Shown: piece by piece, positions 45,154-52,610 of the stretch
How the letters are laid out: each line of letters opens with the position of its first letter
Position numbering within the stretch: the stretch's first letter is position 1
Origin: an uncultured Chthonomonas sp.
Lineage (GTDB): Bacteria > Armatimonadota > Chthonomonadetes > Chthonomonadales > Chthonomonadaceae
Assembly: GCA_903919615.1 (NCBI GenBank)
Contig: CAIXIX010000588.1
Location: forward strand, 22,324-86,323
Direction of reading: 5' to 3'
DNA: 64,000 nucleotides
Made by a program: the position numbers and the translations under genes
Notes under the pieces: model-generated
The model's input: only the letters and a program-made list of their open reading frames with translations
What the model was told of the DNA's origin: nothing
The model's database searches: none

Positions 45154-45537
45154 ATGTTTTCTTTCACCACAACGCGCTCGCGAAGAAACTGTTTCAGGCT
45201 GTATTCAGCATTGGCTACAGTTTCTCTTCTTATGTGCGTAAGTCAAGCTCACGCTCAGTTCAAGATTCTGGACGATCCACTTGGAACCATCTACACGAGC
45301 CCAAACGGGATATCAGGTTGCATCGTCGTTGGCGACTATTATAGCCTGGCCGGGCAGCACGGTTATCTGTACAACATCTACGACGGGCAGTACACCACGT
45401 ACGATGTGCCAGTATTGGGCGCGCAACAGACGCAGATCAAGGCTGTAGACGGAAACGAATTCGTTGGTACGTTTTACGATAGCAGCAACCATATGCACGG
45501 TTTCGAAGACAGCTTTGGTGGAATACAGGGTGGCTAA
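45154..45537 (+). CDS. Short HAF-like repeat secreted protein, truncated by TAA just before its PEP-CTERM signal
   Basis: AAGGAGG RBS and a signal ending AHA. QFKILDDPLGT...GISGCIVVGDYY is paralogous to 34873..35849. The ORF ends at TAA 45535-45537. Confidence 0.7.
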   Translation: MFSFTTTRSRRNCFRLYSALATVSLLMCVSQAHAQFKILDDPLGTIYTSPNGISGCIVVGDYYSLAGQHGYLYNIYDGQYTTYDVPVLGAQQTQIKAVDGNEFVGTFYDSSNHMHGFEDSFGGIQGG

Positions 45538-45636
45538 CCCACACCTACCACTCCGGAGCCAGATGCTCTTGCCACCGTGCTTGGCCTCGGCATCACTGCT
45601 ATTGCTGCCATTCGGAAGCGGAGAAATATGCGCTGA
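45538..45636 (+). other. Orphan in-frame PEP-CTERM coding tail
   Basis: Directly after TAA 45535-45537, in the same frame: PTPTTPEPDALATVLGLGITAIAAIRKRRNMR, then TGA. This is a complete PEP motif with TM helix and basic tail. Confidence 0.7.
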
Positions 45637-45971
45637 GCGGCATTCGAAGCTATCCTCTTTACGAGACAGCAAGATAATTCAGGGGTTATGCCCGACTGAA
45701 GGAAGTTGACATGCGCAAAGGTGGCAACCTGGAATTCGTTCGCCCGGCAGGGCTCAGGCATGGCGCTCCCACACCACGCGCATTACCTTCGGCTGAGCGC
45801 GCCCAATTCCGACACCAATTAACGAATCTTGATTCGCCATGCTGGGCACGGGCGGATTAGAGTGCTCCCGACCACGCCTACTGCGCAAGATTATCCCATA
45901 GGGTAAAATTCCGAGTTACCACGACGTCGGCTCAACCTAATCTGAAGGACCTGGGTAGGAGATATATCAGC

Positions 45972-46502
45972 ATGGCGAAGTTGATCTTTGAAATGAACCA
46001 GTCGTTGGATGGCTACGTCGACCATTTAAAATTCAGGCCAGATCCTGCGCTCTTTCATCACTTCATCGAGCATTTACGCGACCTGACGGGTTGTGTGTAC
46101 GGTCGCCGCATTTACGAGATAATGCGTTACTGGGAAGAAGACCAGCCAGGCTGGGACGACGGCGATCGCGAATTTGCAGCGGTATGGCGAAACCAAACTA
46201 AGTGGATCGTGTCACGCACGTTGAAGTCGGTCGGGCCTAACGCCACACTTATCCAGGATGATCTCGAGTCGGTAATGCGTGGGCTGAAGGCAACGCTCGA
46301 TGGAGAGATTGCAGTAGCGGGGACAGAACTGGCAGGAAGCCTAACCGACCTTGGACTTATTGATGAGTATCGACTCTACATCCACCCCATAGTTCTCGGC
46401 AGCGGCACGCCCTTCTTCGCCGGTCCCCGGCCGCCGCTGCGCCTGGTATCCAGCGATCGGTTTGGCGAGAACGTGATCAGGTTAATTTACGTTCCTGCTT
46501 AA
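45972..46502 (+). CDS. Dihydrofolate reductase-family (RibD C-terminal domain) protein
   Basis: MAKLIFEMNQSLDGYV start, then GRRIYE, IAVAGTELAGSL and LIDEYRLYIHPIVLGSGTPFF, typical of the family. Confidence 0.8.
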   Translation: MAKLIFEMNQSLDGYVDHLKFRPDPALFHHFIEHLRDLTGCVYGRRIYEIMRYWEEDQPGWDDGDREFAAVWRNQTKWIVSRTLKSVGPNATLIQDDLESVMRGLKATLDGEIAVAGTELAGSLTDLGLIDEYRLYIHPIVLGSGTPFFAGPRPPLRLVSSDRFGENVIRLIYVPA

Positions 46503-46529
46503 TCTCGGACTGAGGCGCATATTATCACT

Positions 46530-46883
46530 ATGGACTCAAACGAAACCCCCGAAATAGACCCGCTTGCTGCATTCGGAGTACTCGATCTGCGCGTGGGAAG
46601 AATCATTCGCGCTGAATTTAACGCGAAGGCCAGGAAACCCGCGTACAAGCTTTGGATCGACTTTGGCCCACTTGGCGAGCGCACGTCCTGCGCCCAGATC
46701 ACGGAGCTTTACACACCGGACGATCTCGTGGGCAGACTGATTGTTGCCGCCGTTAATCTAGGCTCTCGCTTAATCGCCGGCTTCAGGTCTGAGGCGCTTG
46801 TGATGGGCGCAGCAGATAGCGAAGGACGCGTGGTGCTGCTTGCAGTAGAACGCGATTTAGGACCCGGTGGGAAGGTTTATTGA
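46530..46883 (+). CDS. csaA: tRNA-binding domain protein (CsaA-like)
   Basis: FGVLDLRVGRIIRAEFNAKARKPAYKLWIDFG...VAAVNLGSRLIAGFRSEALVMG matches the CsaA / EMAP-type OB fold. Confidence 0.75.
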   Translation: MDSNETPEIDPLAAFGVLDLRVGRIIRAEFNAKARKPAYKLWIDFGPLGERTSCAQITELYTPDDLVGRLIVAAVNLGSRLIAGFRSEALVMGAADSEGRVVLLAVERDLGPGGKVY

Positions 46884-46932
46884 TGGTGACCGGTACCCAA
46901 GTAAGGTTCGCCCAGTAAGTGTGATCTTAACA

Positions 46933-46962
46933 GGACCGGGATGGAATAAACCATCCCGGTCC
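46933..46962 (+). terminator. 12-bp perfect hairpin after the csaA-like gene
   Basis: GGACCGGGATGG-AATAAA-CCATCCCGGTCC followed by AGATTGTTG. Confidence 0.6.
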
Positions 46963-47230
46963 AGATTGTTGCAGGCGATCGGCTACATTGCTGGACAGCA
47001 GCTCTTCTTTGTTGACGCGCACTTCTTTACAGGCGCCTTGTCGATGAATTTCTCAAGCGGTTTGTGGTCCATCGGGCAAATGTACAGGATCGGTCGGCAG
47101 CGTTAGGGACATTGAGGTCATTGATGTCTCGTATTCAGCACTCATGGGCCGGTCTTGCCCGTTGGAATACTTTGCGTGACTTTTTTTGGTTGAGGCTGCG
47201 CTGCCTTATGTCCTTGCAGTTGCGCTCTGA

Positions 47231-50200
47231 TTAATGATCAGTTTCCAACAACGTGCCTACTTCGGCAAGGCAGTCGGCCCACGGATGCTCTTCTGATTGG
47301 CTCTCGTTGCTGCTTGACGACGTCAGGCGCTCCGGGCCGACTTTCTCCCAATACTCATCTACTATCCTAATTTCGTAAGGCATTAGCTCATATCCTAACT
47401 CAGCGTGGAGCGCAGTTGCCGATCCAAGCAGACGAAGTGCCGATTGGTTTTGGCCCTGTTCGATCGCGACACCGCATGCAATGATAAAGCCACACCATAT
47501 TGCACGACGCTGATCCGTGCGTATAGCCCTATCCCATACTGACTGACACAACGAACACGCGGCCTGGCTATCCTGTCTCATCATCGCGACAAGAGCCCTC
47601 ACGAGTACATTAGAAATCGCAATTTCAGATCTGGATGTGAGCTTCCCTATCTCCACGCTGTAATGGTCAACTTCCGCTCGATCTTCGCAACACAGCGCTA
47701 GTTTCAATCCCTGAATGAGCAGCTCTTTGCGGAGCCCCTTCCATTCTGGGGGACACATTGCGAGGGTCTCCTCCAGGCTGGCTTTTGCCTGGGAATAGTC
47801 TCTTTCAAATAACGCCAGCGTTACGTACTCCTGCCGAACATTGATCTGATTAATGACAGACGACTGAATGGAAGCTGCATATGTCATCGCCTCATCTAAC
47901 AGCTGCCTGCCTGCCTGATGCTCGCCGGTTTCGATGTGAATGCGTGCCAGACATGTGGCGGCCGCGCAGATATGCTCCTTATCACCTATCTCGCGATACG
48001 TCTCAAGGCTCATCGTTGCTTGATGCCGGGCAGATTTGACTAGTCCCTGCCAGTGCCGAATATCAGCGAGCGCCAATCGAAGTTTCGCTGTGCCCCAAGG
48101 ATCGTTTTTCTTGCGAGCGATACAGGTTTCAAGAAGTGCTCCAGAACGATCAAGATCCCCCTGTTCCGTATGGTGACCCGCCAGGTAAGCCATCGCGAGC
48201 AATACACCGTATTCATTGCCCTGTTGTGTGTATGCCACCAGCAACTCTTCGAGAATTTCTAAGCGTGTCTCCGGAAATTCCTCCAGCCCGCTAAGAGCCA
48301 GCAACGCCTCGGTGAATAGGGGATCGTTCTGTCTGTCTCGCAGCTCCCTGACAAGACTTCGAAGAATTTCGCGCCGTAACCCTGCCGTATCAGCATTGTG
48401 CGAATTCACCGTAATCGAAAGGCGCATTCCATGTGGAAGGGCTAGCTCCTGGCTTCGTACAAATGCCCGTTCCGCCCATTCTGTTCGCTCCTGCGGAAAT
48501 CCACGAACTTTCCAAAACCAGTCCATGTCGATAGCGAGCCTTAGCCCCGTCATTATGTCGCCGGCGGAAAAAGTGTGGCGCAATGCGGCTCGCAGATTTT
48601 CGCGCTCGCGTTCCAGCATATCGAGGTTTTTCGCTATTTCGTGTGCCTCACGTGGCTGAGAGGGCTCACAAAGAATGCGGAGGCGATTTAGGTGCACCTG
48701 ATAATAGGTAGCGTGAAGGTCCTGAAGGGTGCATCTCGAGTTGTAGTCTATCTGCTCCCAGGCGAATTCGCGCAGCGTTTCAAGCAGTCTAAAGCGCGGT
48801 TCGCCATCGATATCATCGCAACATGGCAGCGATTGTTCCTGTAACTCGATCAGAAGCGATCCTGCCGCGGCTGTCAATTCCTGAGAATTATCACCATCGC
48901 GCAGACAGATTGCGGCTGCGGCCTCGACAGTCCAACCGCCATGAAAGACTGAGAGAGCAGTAAAGAACGCCTGTTGTGGTGGTGTGAGCAGATTGTAGCT
49001 CCACTCCATTGTGGCTCGAAGGCATCGGTGACGAGGCGCCAGGTCCTGGTGTCGACCGCTAAGCCCCGCGAGATGTTGCTCCAACTGTGCTCGCATACGC
49101 GCCGGAGGAACGGTTCGTGCCCACGCTGCAGCCATCTCGATTGCGAGCGGCAAGCCTTCCAGCCGTCGGCACAGCGCAGCAACATGTTCAGCGTTGCCTG
49201 CAGTGAGCTCAAAATCCGGCTTTACTGCCTGTGCCCTGTCTACGTAAAGTGCTACGCAATCGAGTGCCTGAAGATTATTAATATTTTGGTGCTGCGACGG
49301 CACGGAAAGTGGTGAGATAGCGAATTCGCGTTCGCCATTCAAGCAAAGCGAGCGGCGAGAAGTAATCAGGCAAGTGAGAGCTGGCGCGCACTCCAATAGA
49401 GCACGTACAAATGCTGCGCCGTTAACGGGTCGACCATCACTCTCAATGGCGTCGCTTACGTCCTGCTTTAGAAGTTGCTCGTAGTTATCCAGTACCAGTA
49501 ATGTTGGCGCAGAACCAAGTGCACGAGCGATTAAGTCCATCACATTGATGCCAGGTTCCACTGTTAAATTTAGTGCCCCGGCCAGCGCAAAGGGAAGCAA
49601 GCGTGGATGCGAAATATCCGCCAGGCCAACATATCGGACGCCTCCTGGGAAGACACCGGCAAGTCGTTCAGCGACTTCTATCGACATCCGCGTCTTACCA
49701 ACACCTCCGGGCCCAGTTAAAGTGAGAAGCCGCAGCGCAGGCTTTGCAATTGGAGACAGGAGCACCGTGATTCGCTCAATCTCGATCTTTCGCCCAAAGA
49801 ACTGAGTTAGGCAGAGAGGCAATGCTGATCGAGGTGAACTAGTGGCAGTAGTGCTGCGCTGTTCAACCGCAGCATCACGCTGGACTTCTGCACCACGGGG
49901 CAGGTCGATTGGCGTGGATACCTGATGTTGAAAGGAGCCCGGATCCTGGCGAATGCGCTGCACCAGGTCCGAAACGATAGGTCTAGGAGCGAGGTTCAGA
50001 TCCGCTAGAAGTCGTCTGGATAGAACTTGCATTGACTCCAATGCTTCTGCAGTCCGACCCATACCGGCGAGTATTCGCATCTTTGCCGCACATGCAGCTT
50101 CGTCGTAACAATCGACTGCGATGGCGCAGTTAGCCGCATGCAGCGCAGATGGCAGATCCCCCAGTTGCTCGCAAGAATCAACCAGCATGGATAGGGCGGC

Positions 50201-50683
50201 GGAATACGTCAACGCTAGCTGTGCGCGCGCTTCGACTGCCCAATCGGCATATATTCCAGGCAGCAGCTCAGCCGTGTAGAGCTCCCTCGCCTGATCCAGT
50301 AGAGTTCGGCGATGCGCGTGCGCCTGTGTCTGGCCGGCCAGGCGGATCCGTTTTTCGAACTCACTGACATCTGTTGTAAAGGCACCTGTGTTGAGCGATA
50401 TTGTATGACGGTCCGCCATTACAATGTTTGTACCAACCTCACCTAGCGAGTTGAATAGACGACGCAAGCTGGCAAGGGTGGTACTAAGGTTATCTCGACC
50501 AGCGCCTTCATCCAGATGCGACCAGAAGATTTCAACCAGTTGTTCGCGCGGATGAGCACGCGGATACAAAGCCAGATAAGCCACCAGTGCACCCGCCTTG
50601 TTGGCGGGGATCTGAATTGCTTCTCCGTCTGCACCTGCCATGCGTGGTCCGCCCAACAGCTCAATATGTATGCAGCCAGTCAT
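47231..50683 (-). CDS. AfsR-like regulator: SARP winged-helix + BTAD + NB-ARC (STAND) NTPase + TPR array (second copy)
   Basis: IHIELLGGPRMAG...QLVEIFWSHLDEGAGRDNLSTTLASLRRLF (wHTH). BTAD helices ACAAKMRILAGMGRTAEALESMQVLSRRL. Walker A GPGGVGKTRMSI. Long helical-repeat C-terminus. Confidence 0.85.
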   Translation of the reverse strand: MTGCIHIELLGGPRMAGADGEAIQIPANKAGALVAYLALYPRAHPREQLVEIFWSHLDEGAGRDNLSTTLASLRRLFNSLGEVGTNIVMADRHTISLNTGAFTTDVSEFEKRIRLAGQTQAHAHRRTLLDQARELYTAELLPGIYADWAVEARAQLALTYSAALSMLVDSCEQLGDLPSALHAANCAIAVDCYDEAACAAKMRILAGMGRTAEALESMQVLSRRLLADLNLAPRPIVSDLVQRIRQDPGSFQHQVSTPIDLPRGAEVQRDAAVEQRSTTATSSPRSALPLCLTQFFGRKIEIERITVLLSPIAKPALRLLTLTGPGGVGKTRMSIEVAERLAGVFPGGVRYVGLADISHPRLLPFALAGALNLTVEPGINVMDLIARALGSAPTLLVLDNYEQLLKQDVSDAIESDGRPVNGAAFVRALLECAPALTCLITSRRSLCLNGEREFAISPLSVPSQHQNINNLQALDCVALYVDRAQAVKPDFELTAGNAEHVAALCRRLEGLPLAIEMAAAWARTVPPARMRAQLEQHLAGLSGRHQDLAPRHRCLRATMEWSYNLLTPPQQAFFTALSVFHGGWTVEAAAAICLRDGDNSQELTAAAGSLLIELQEQSLPCCDDIDGEPRFRLLETLREFAWEQIDYNSRCTLQDLHATYYQVHLNRLRILCEPSQPREAHEIAKNLDMLERERENLRAALRHTFSAGDIMTGLRLAIDMDWFWKVRGFPQERTEWAERAFVRSQELALPHGMRLSITVNSHNADTAGLRREILRSLVRELRDRQNDPLFTEALLALSGLEEFPETRLEILEELLVAYTQQGNEYGVLLAMAYLAGHHTEQGDLDRSGALLETCIARKKNDPWGTAKLRLALADIRHWQGLVKSARHQATMSLETYREIGDKEHICAAATCLARIHIETGEHQAGRQLLDEAMTYAASIQSSVINQINVRQEYVTLALFERDYSQAKASLEETLAMCPPEWKGLRKELLIQGLKLALCCEDRAEVDHYSVEIGKLTSRSEIAISNVLVRALVAMMRQDSQAACSLCQSVWDRAIRTDQRRAIWCGFIIACGVAIEQGQNQSALRLLGSATALHAELGYELMPYEIRIVDEYWEKVGPERLTSSSSNESQSEEHPWADCLAEVGTLLETDH

Positions 50684-50809
50684 CTATTCAACCTTCACAC
50701 ATCCCATTCTGCTCAAAGGCTGGTTCCAAGCCGATCATGGAGCGAGCAATCTCATGCGGTAAGGACCAAAATGGTTCATTGCTTGTTGCCCGGCATGCGT
50801 AAATAACCT

Positions 50810-50849
50810 CTTCGGAAATGCTTCGGAGTTATTTCAGAGTTCTTACGGA
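50810..50849 (+). promoter_or_regulatory. CTTCGGA heptamer direct repeats upstream of CBM PEP-CTERM gene
   Basis: CTTCGGA (50810-50816), 4 nt, CTTCGGA (50821-50827), then a degenerate CTTACGGA at 50842-50849. Phasing is 11 and about 21 nt. Confidence 0.4.
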
Positions 50850-50940
50850 GATGCCAATTATACTGGTGGAAGTGGCAAGTGCGGCGTATCCGCAGCTGCC
50901 TGGAAACACCTCTATACTTTGCAATGGAAGGATATTGCTA

Positions 50941-51504
50941 ATGCATCTCAGAAAGCTATGCCTTGCTGCACTGTTCGTTGGCGCAACATCTATGGCCCAT
51001 GGCCAAAACCTCGTTCAAAATCCCGGTTTCGAAACTGGAGATCTAACTGGTTGGGCGACAGTCGGCCCTGTCACAGTAGGTACTCCAGGAATTACGGGTT
51101 CATCTGCAGCCTATTTCGCTCAGGGCAATGCGTTCACTGACACGCTGACGCAGACATTGGCCACAACGACAGCAGCGGACTACGACGTCAGTTTCAATCT
51201 TCAAGGCACCAGCCAATTTGTAGACCTTCGAGTATACCTTGGGACCGGAGGTTTTCCAATCTACGAAGGGTTCGGCGCGCAAGATGGAGTGCACAACTTT
51301 ACCTATACTGCCACTACAAACAGCGACAATCTAGAGTTCTGGGCCGACTTCACTGGTGACACGTTTCTGCTTGACAATGTGAGTGTAACGCCACACACCA
51401 CTCCCTCCAGCACTCCTGAACCTGGCTCAGTTGCTCTTCTCATCGGGTTGAGCGCTACAGGAGCTGGTTTCCTCGGCCGCACTCGCCTACGAAAAACCCG
51501 TTAG
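50941..51504 (+). CDS. PEP-CTERM protein with CBM4/9-like carbohydrate-binding beta-sandwich
   Basis: ATG 50941 gives signal MHLRKLCLAALFVGATSMAHG. NLVQNPGFETGDLTGWATVG is a CBM-like opening. C-terminus TPEPGSVALLIGLSATGAGFLGRTRLRK. Confidence 0.8.
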   Translation: MHLRKLCLAALFVGATSMAHGQNLVQNPGFETGDLTGWATVGPVTVGTPGITGSSAAYFAQGNAFTDTLTQTLATTTAADYDVSFNLQGTSQFVDLRVYLGTGGFPIYEGFGAQDGVHNFTYTATTNSDNLEFWADFTGDTFLLDNVSVTPHTTPSSTPEPGSVALLIGLSATGAGFLGRTRLRKTR

Positions 51505-51546
51505 GCAACTAGCGTCGCCCAATCTGGCGTTTCTACGATGCGGACA

Positions 51547-51582
51547 CCTAATCCAACAACTATCTCAGGTTGTTGGATTAGG
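51547..51582 (+). terminator. 14-bp perfect hairpin after PEP-CTERM gene 50941..51504
   Basis: CCTAATCCAACAAC-TATCTCAG-GTTGTTGGATTAGG. Confidence 0.55.
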
Positions 51583-51624
51583 AAACCTTGCCGGTGCCTC
51601 TGATGCCCGCATGGCAGGCAAAGT

Positions 51625-51650
51625 GTCCTGTCACCTAACGCCTGAAAGCC
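51625..51650 (-). repeat. G/T-rich short tandem tract, copy B6
   Basis: Minus sense reads GGCTTTCAGGCGTTAGGTGACAGGAC, 18 nt after stop 51669. It shares the exact 13-mer TTCAGGCGTTAGG with 26297-26309. Confidence 0.7.
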
Positions 51651-51668
51651 AACATCTTTTCGTGCTCC

Positions 51669-52100
51669 TTACCCCTTCACCTCAACATCACCCCACTGCA
51701 CTTCCTGCGGGCTTAAGCTAAACCCGCTCGAGGTCGGATCCCGGCGTCGTCGATACTTTGCTGCCTTGCGTATAGCAGTTGTCTTGTCAACGATCAGGCG
51801 CGCATCCAACAATTGCTTTAACTCCTCATGCCTAGCTCTGTCTTCGGCCAAGGCTGGATGTGTCTGCTGCGATGTTCGCCTCTGGGGAAAAGCAGTTTGC
51901 CATCGCCGCCAGATCCCCCAGTCTACAAGCGCCAGTTGGAAGGTTTCCGCATCCACTGGCGATAGCAGAAACGTATCGTCTTTTTGACCGTAGTAGTCGA
52001 CCGACTCCGACACAAACAGATGTTGCACGCCCTCGTAGTCTGCAATGCCACAGCGTGGAGCATCCCACCATTCTGTACAGGTATGAACTATTTCGAACAT
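51669..52100 (-). CDS. Hypothetical cytoplasmic protein
   Basis: 143-aa product from ATG 52100 (MFEIVHTCTEWWDAPRCGIADYEG...). No recognised domain. Longest sensible frame in this spacer. Confidence 0.5.
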   Translation of the reverse strand: MFEIVHTCTEWWDAPRCGIADYEGVQHLFVSESVDYYGQKDDTFLLSPVDAETFQLALVDWGIWRRWQTAFPQRRTSQQTHPALAEDRARHEELKQLLDARLIVDKTTAIRKAAKYRRRRDPTSSGFSLSPQEVQWGDVEVKG

Positions 52101-52355
52101 GATTGGACTTTTCGCTAATCCGCCCAACTGTCGTCGCACTCGCCCGGACGGGCGATTTGCCGACTACATGACTCAATGTGATTACTCCAATTGTGCAACA
52201 GTCTGTTGCACAAATACGTCGTCTGGCCGAGCTTTTTGTGGAATCCGATATGCAAACTGGCTGATGGGCGGGACGTATGGGACCGGTGGGACCCTTGAAC
52301 AAGCGAATAGGGCTCCACTCGCCGGAAGCTTCACCGAACTGATTTCTCTTTTTCC

Positions 52356-52460
52356 CGTGGAGAGGGGCCATGCGCGCCTACCGGTCGTAGACTCTATCTG
52401 CCTGCGCGCTGTTAACCAAGATAAGTCCGCGGAGGGGAGGGATTGATGCGCGCCTCCGGA
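52356..52460 (+). repeat. Palindromic-element right-arm modules, two copies (C5a, C5b)
   Basis: CGTGGAGAGGGGCCATGCGCGCCTACCGG (52356-52384) and CGCGGAGGGGAGGGATTGATGCGCGCCTCCGGA (52428-52460). Both match the C1 right arm. Confidence 0.65.
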
Positions 52461-52610
52461 TGTAGGCGAGACTTCCAGGAGAGTAATGAGAAAGTAGCAA
52501 CTGTGTCACACATTGGCTGTGCGCGAGACGCCGACGTTAGGAGGAAATGCGCGCGCTAATGCGCTATTAGTCCGCAACATGATCTAAATTGTTGGGGGAT
52601 GGTGTAGAGA

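Noticed and set aside
46983-47072. 29-aa Cys-containing mini-ORF MDHKPLEKFIDKAPVKKCASTKKSCCPAM on the minus strand.
   Set aside because: It has no Shine-Dalgarno sequence and no neighbouring maturation genes, and its length is within chance expectation for this spacer.
39488-50683. Reading the two STAND NTPases as Avs-like antiphage sensors.
   Set aside because: Their N-terminal modules are DNA-binding wHTH plus BTAD, not nuclease, protease or TIR-type effectors. No other defence genes or mobile-element hallmarks flank them. A transcription-regulator reading fits better.
51832-52446. ORFs 51832..52371(-) and 52099..52446(+) in the spacer upstream of 52611.
   Set aside because: They overlap each other and the palindromic repeat modules, lack an RBS and have Cys/Arg-rich compositions. 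They are most likely non-coding spacer.
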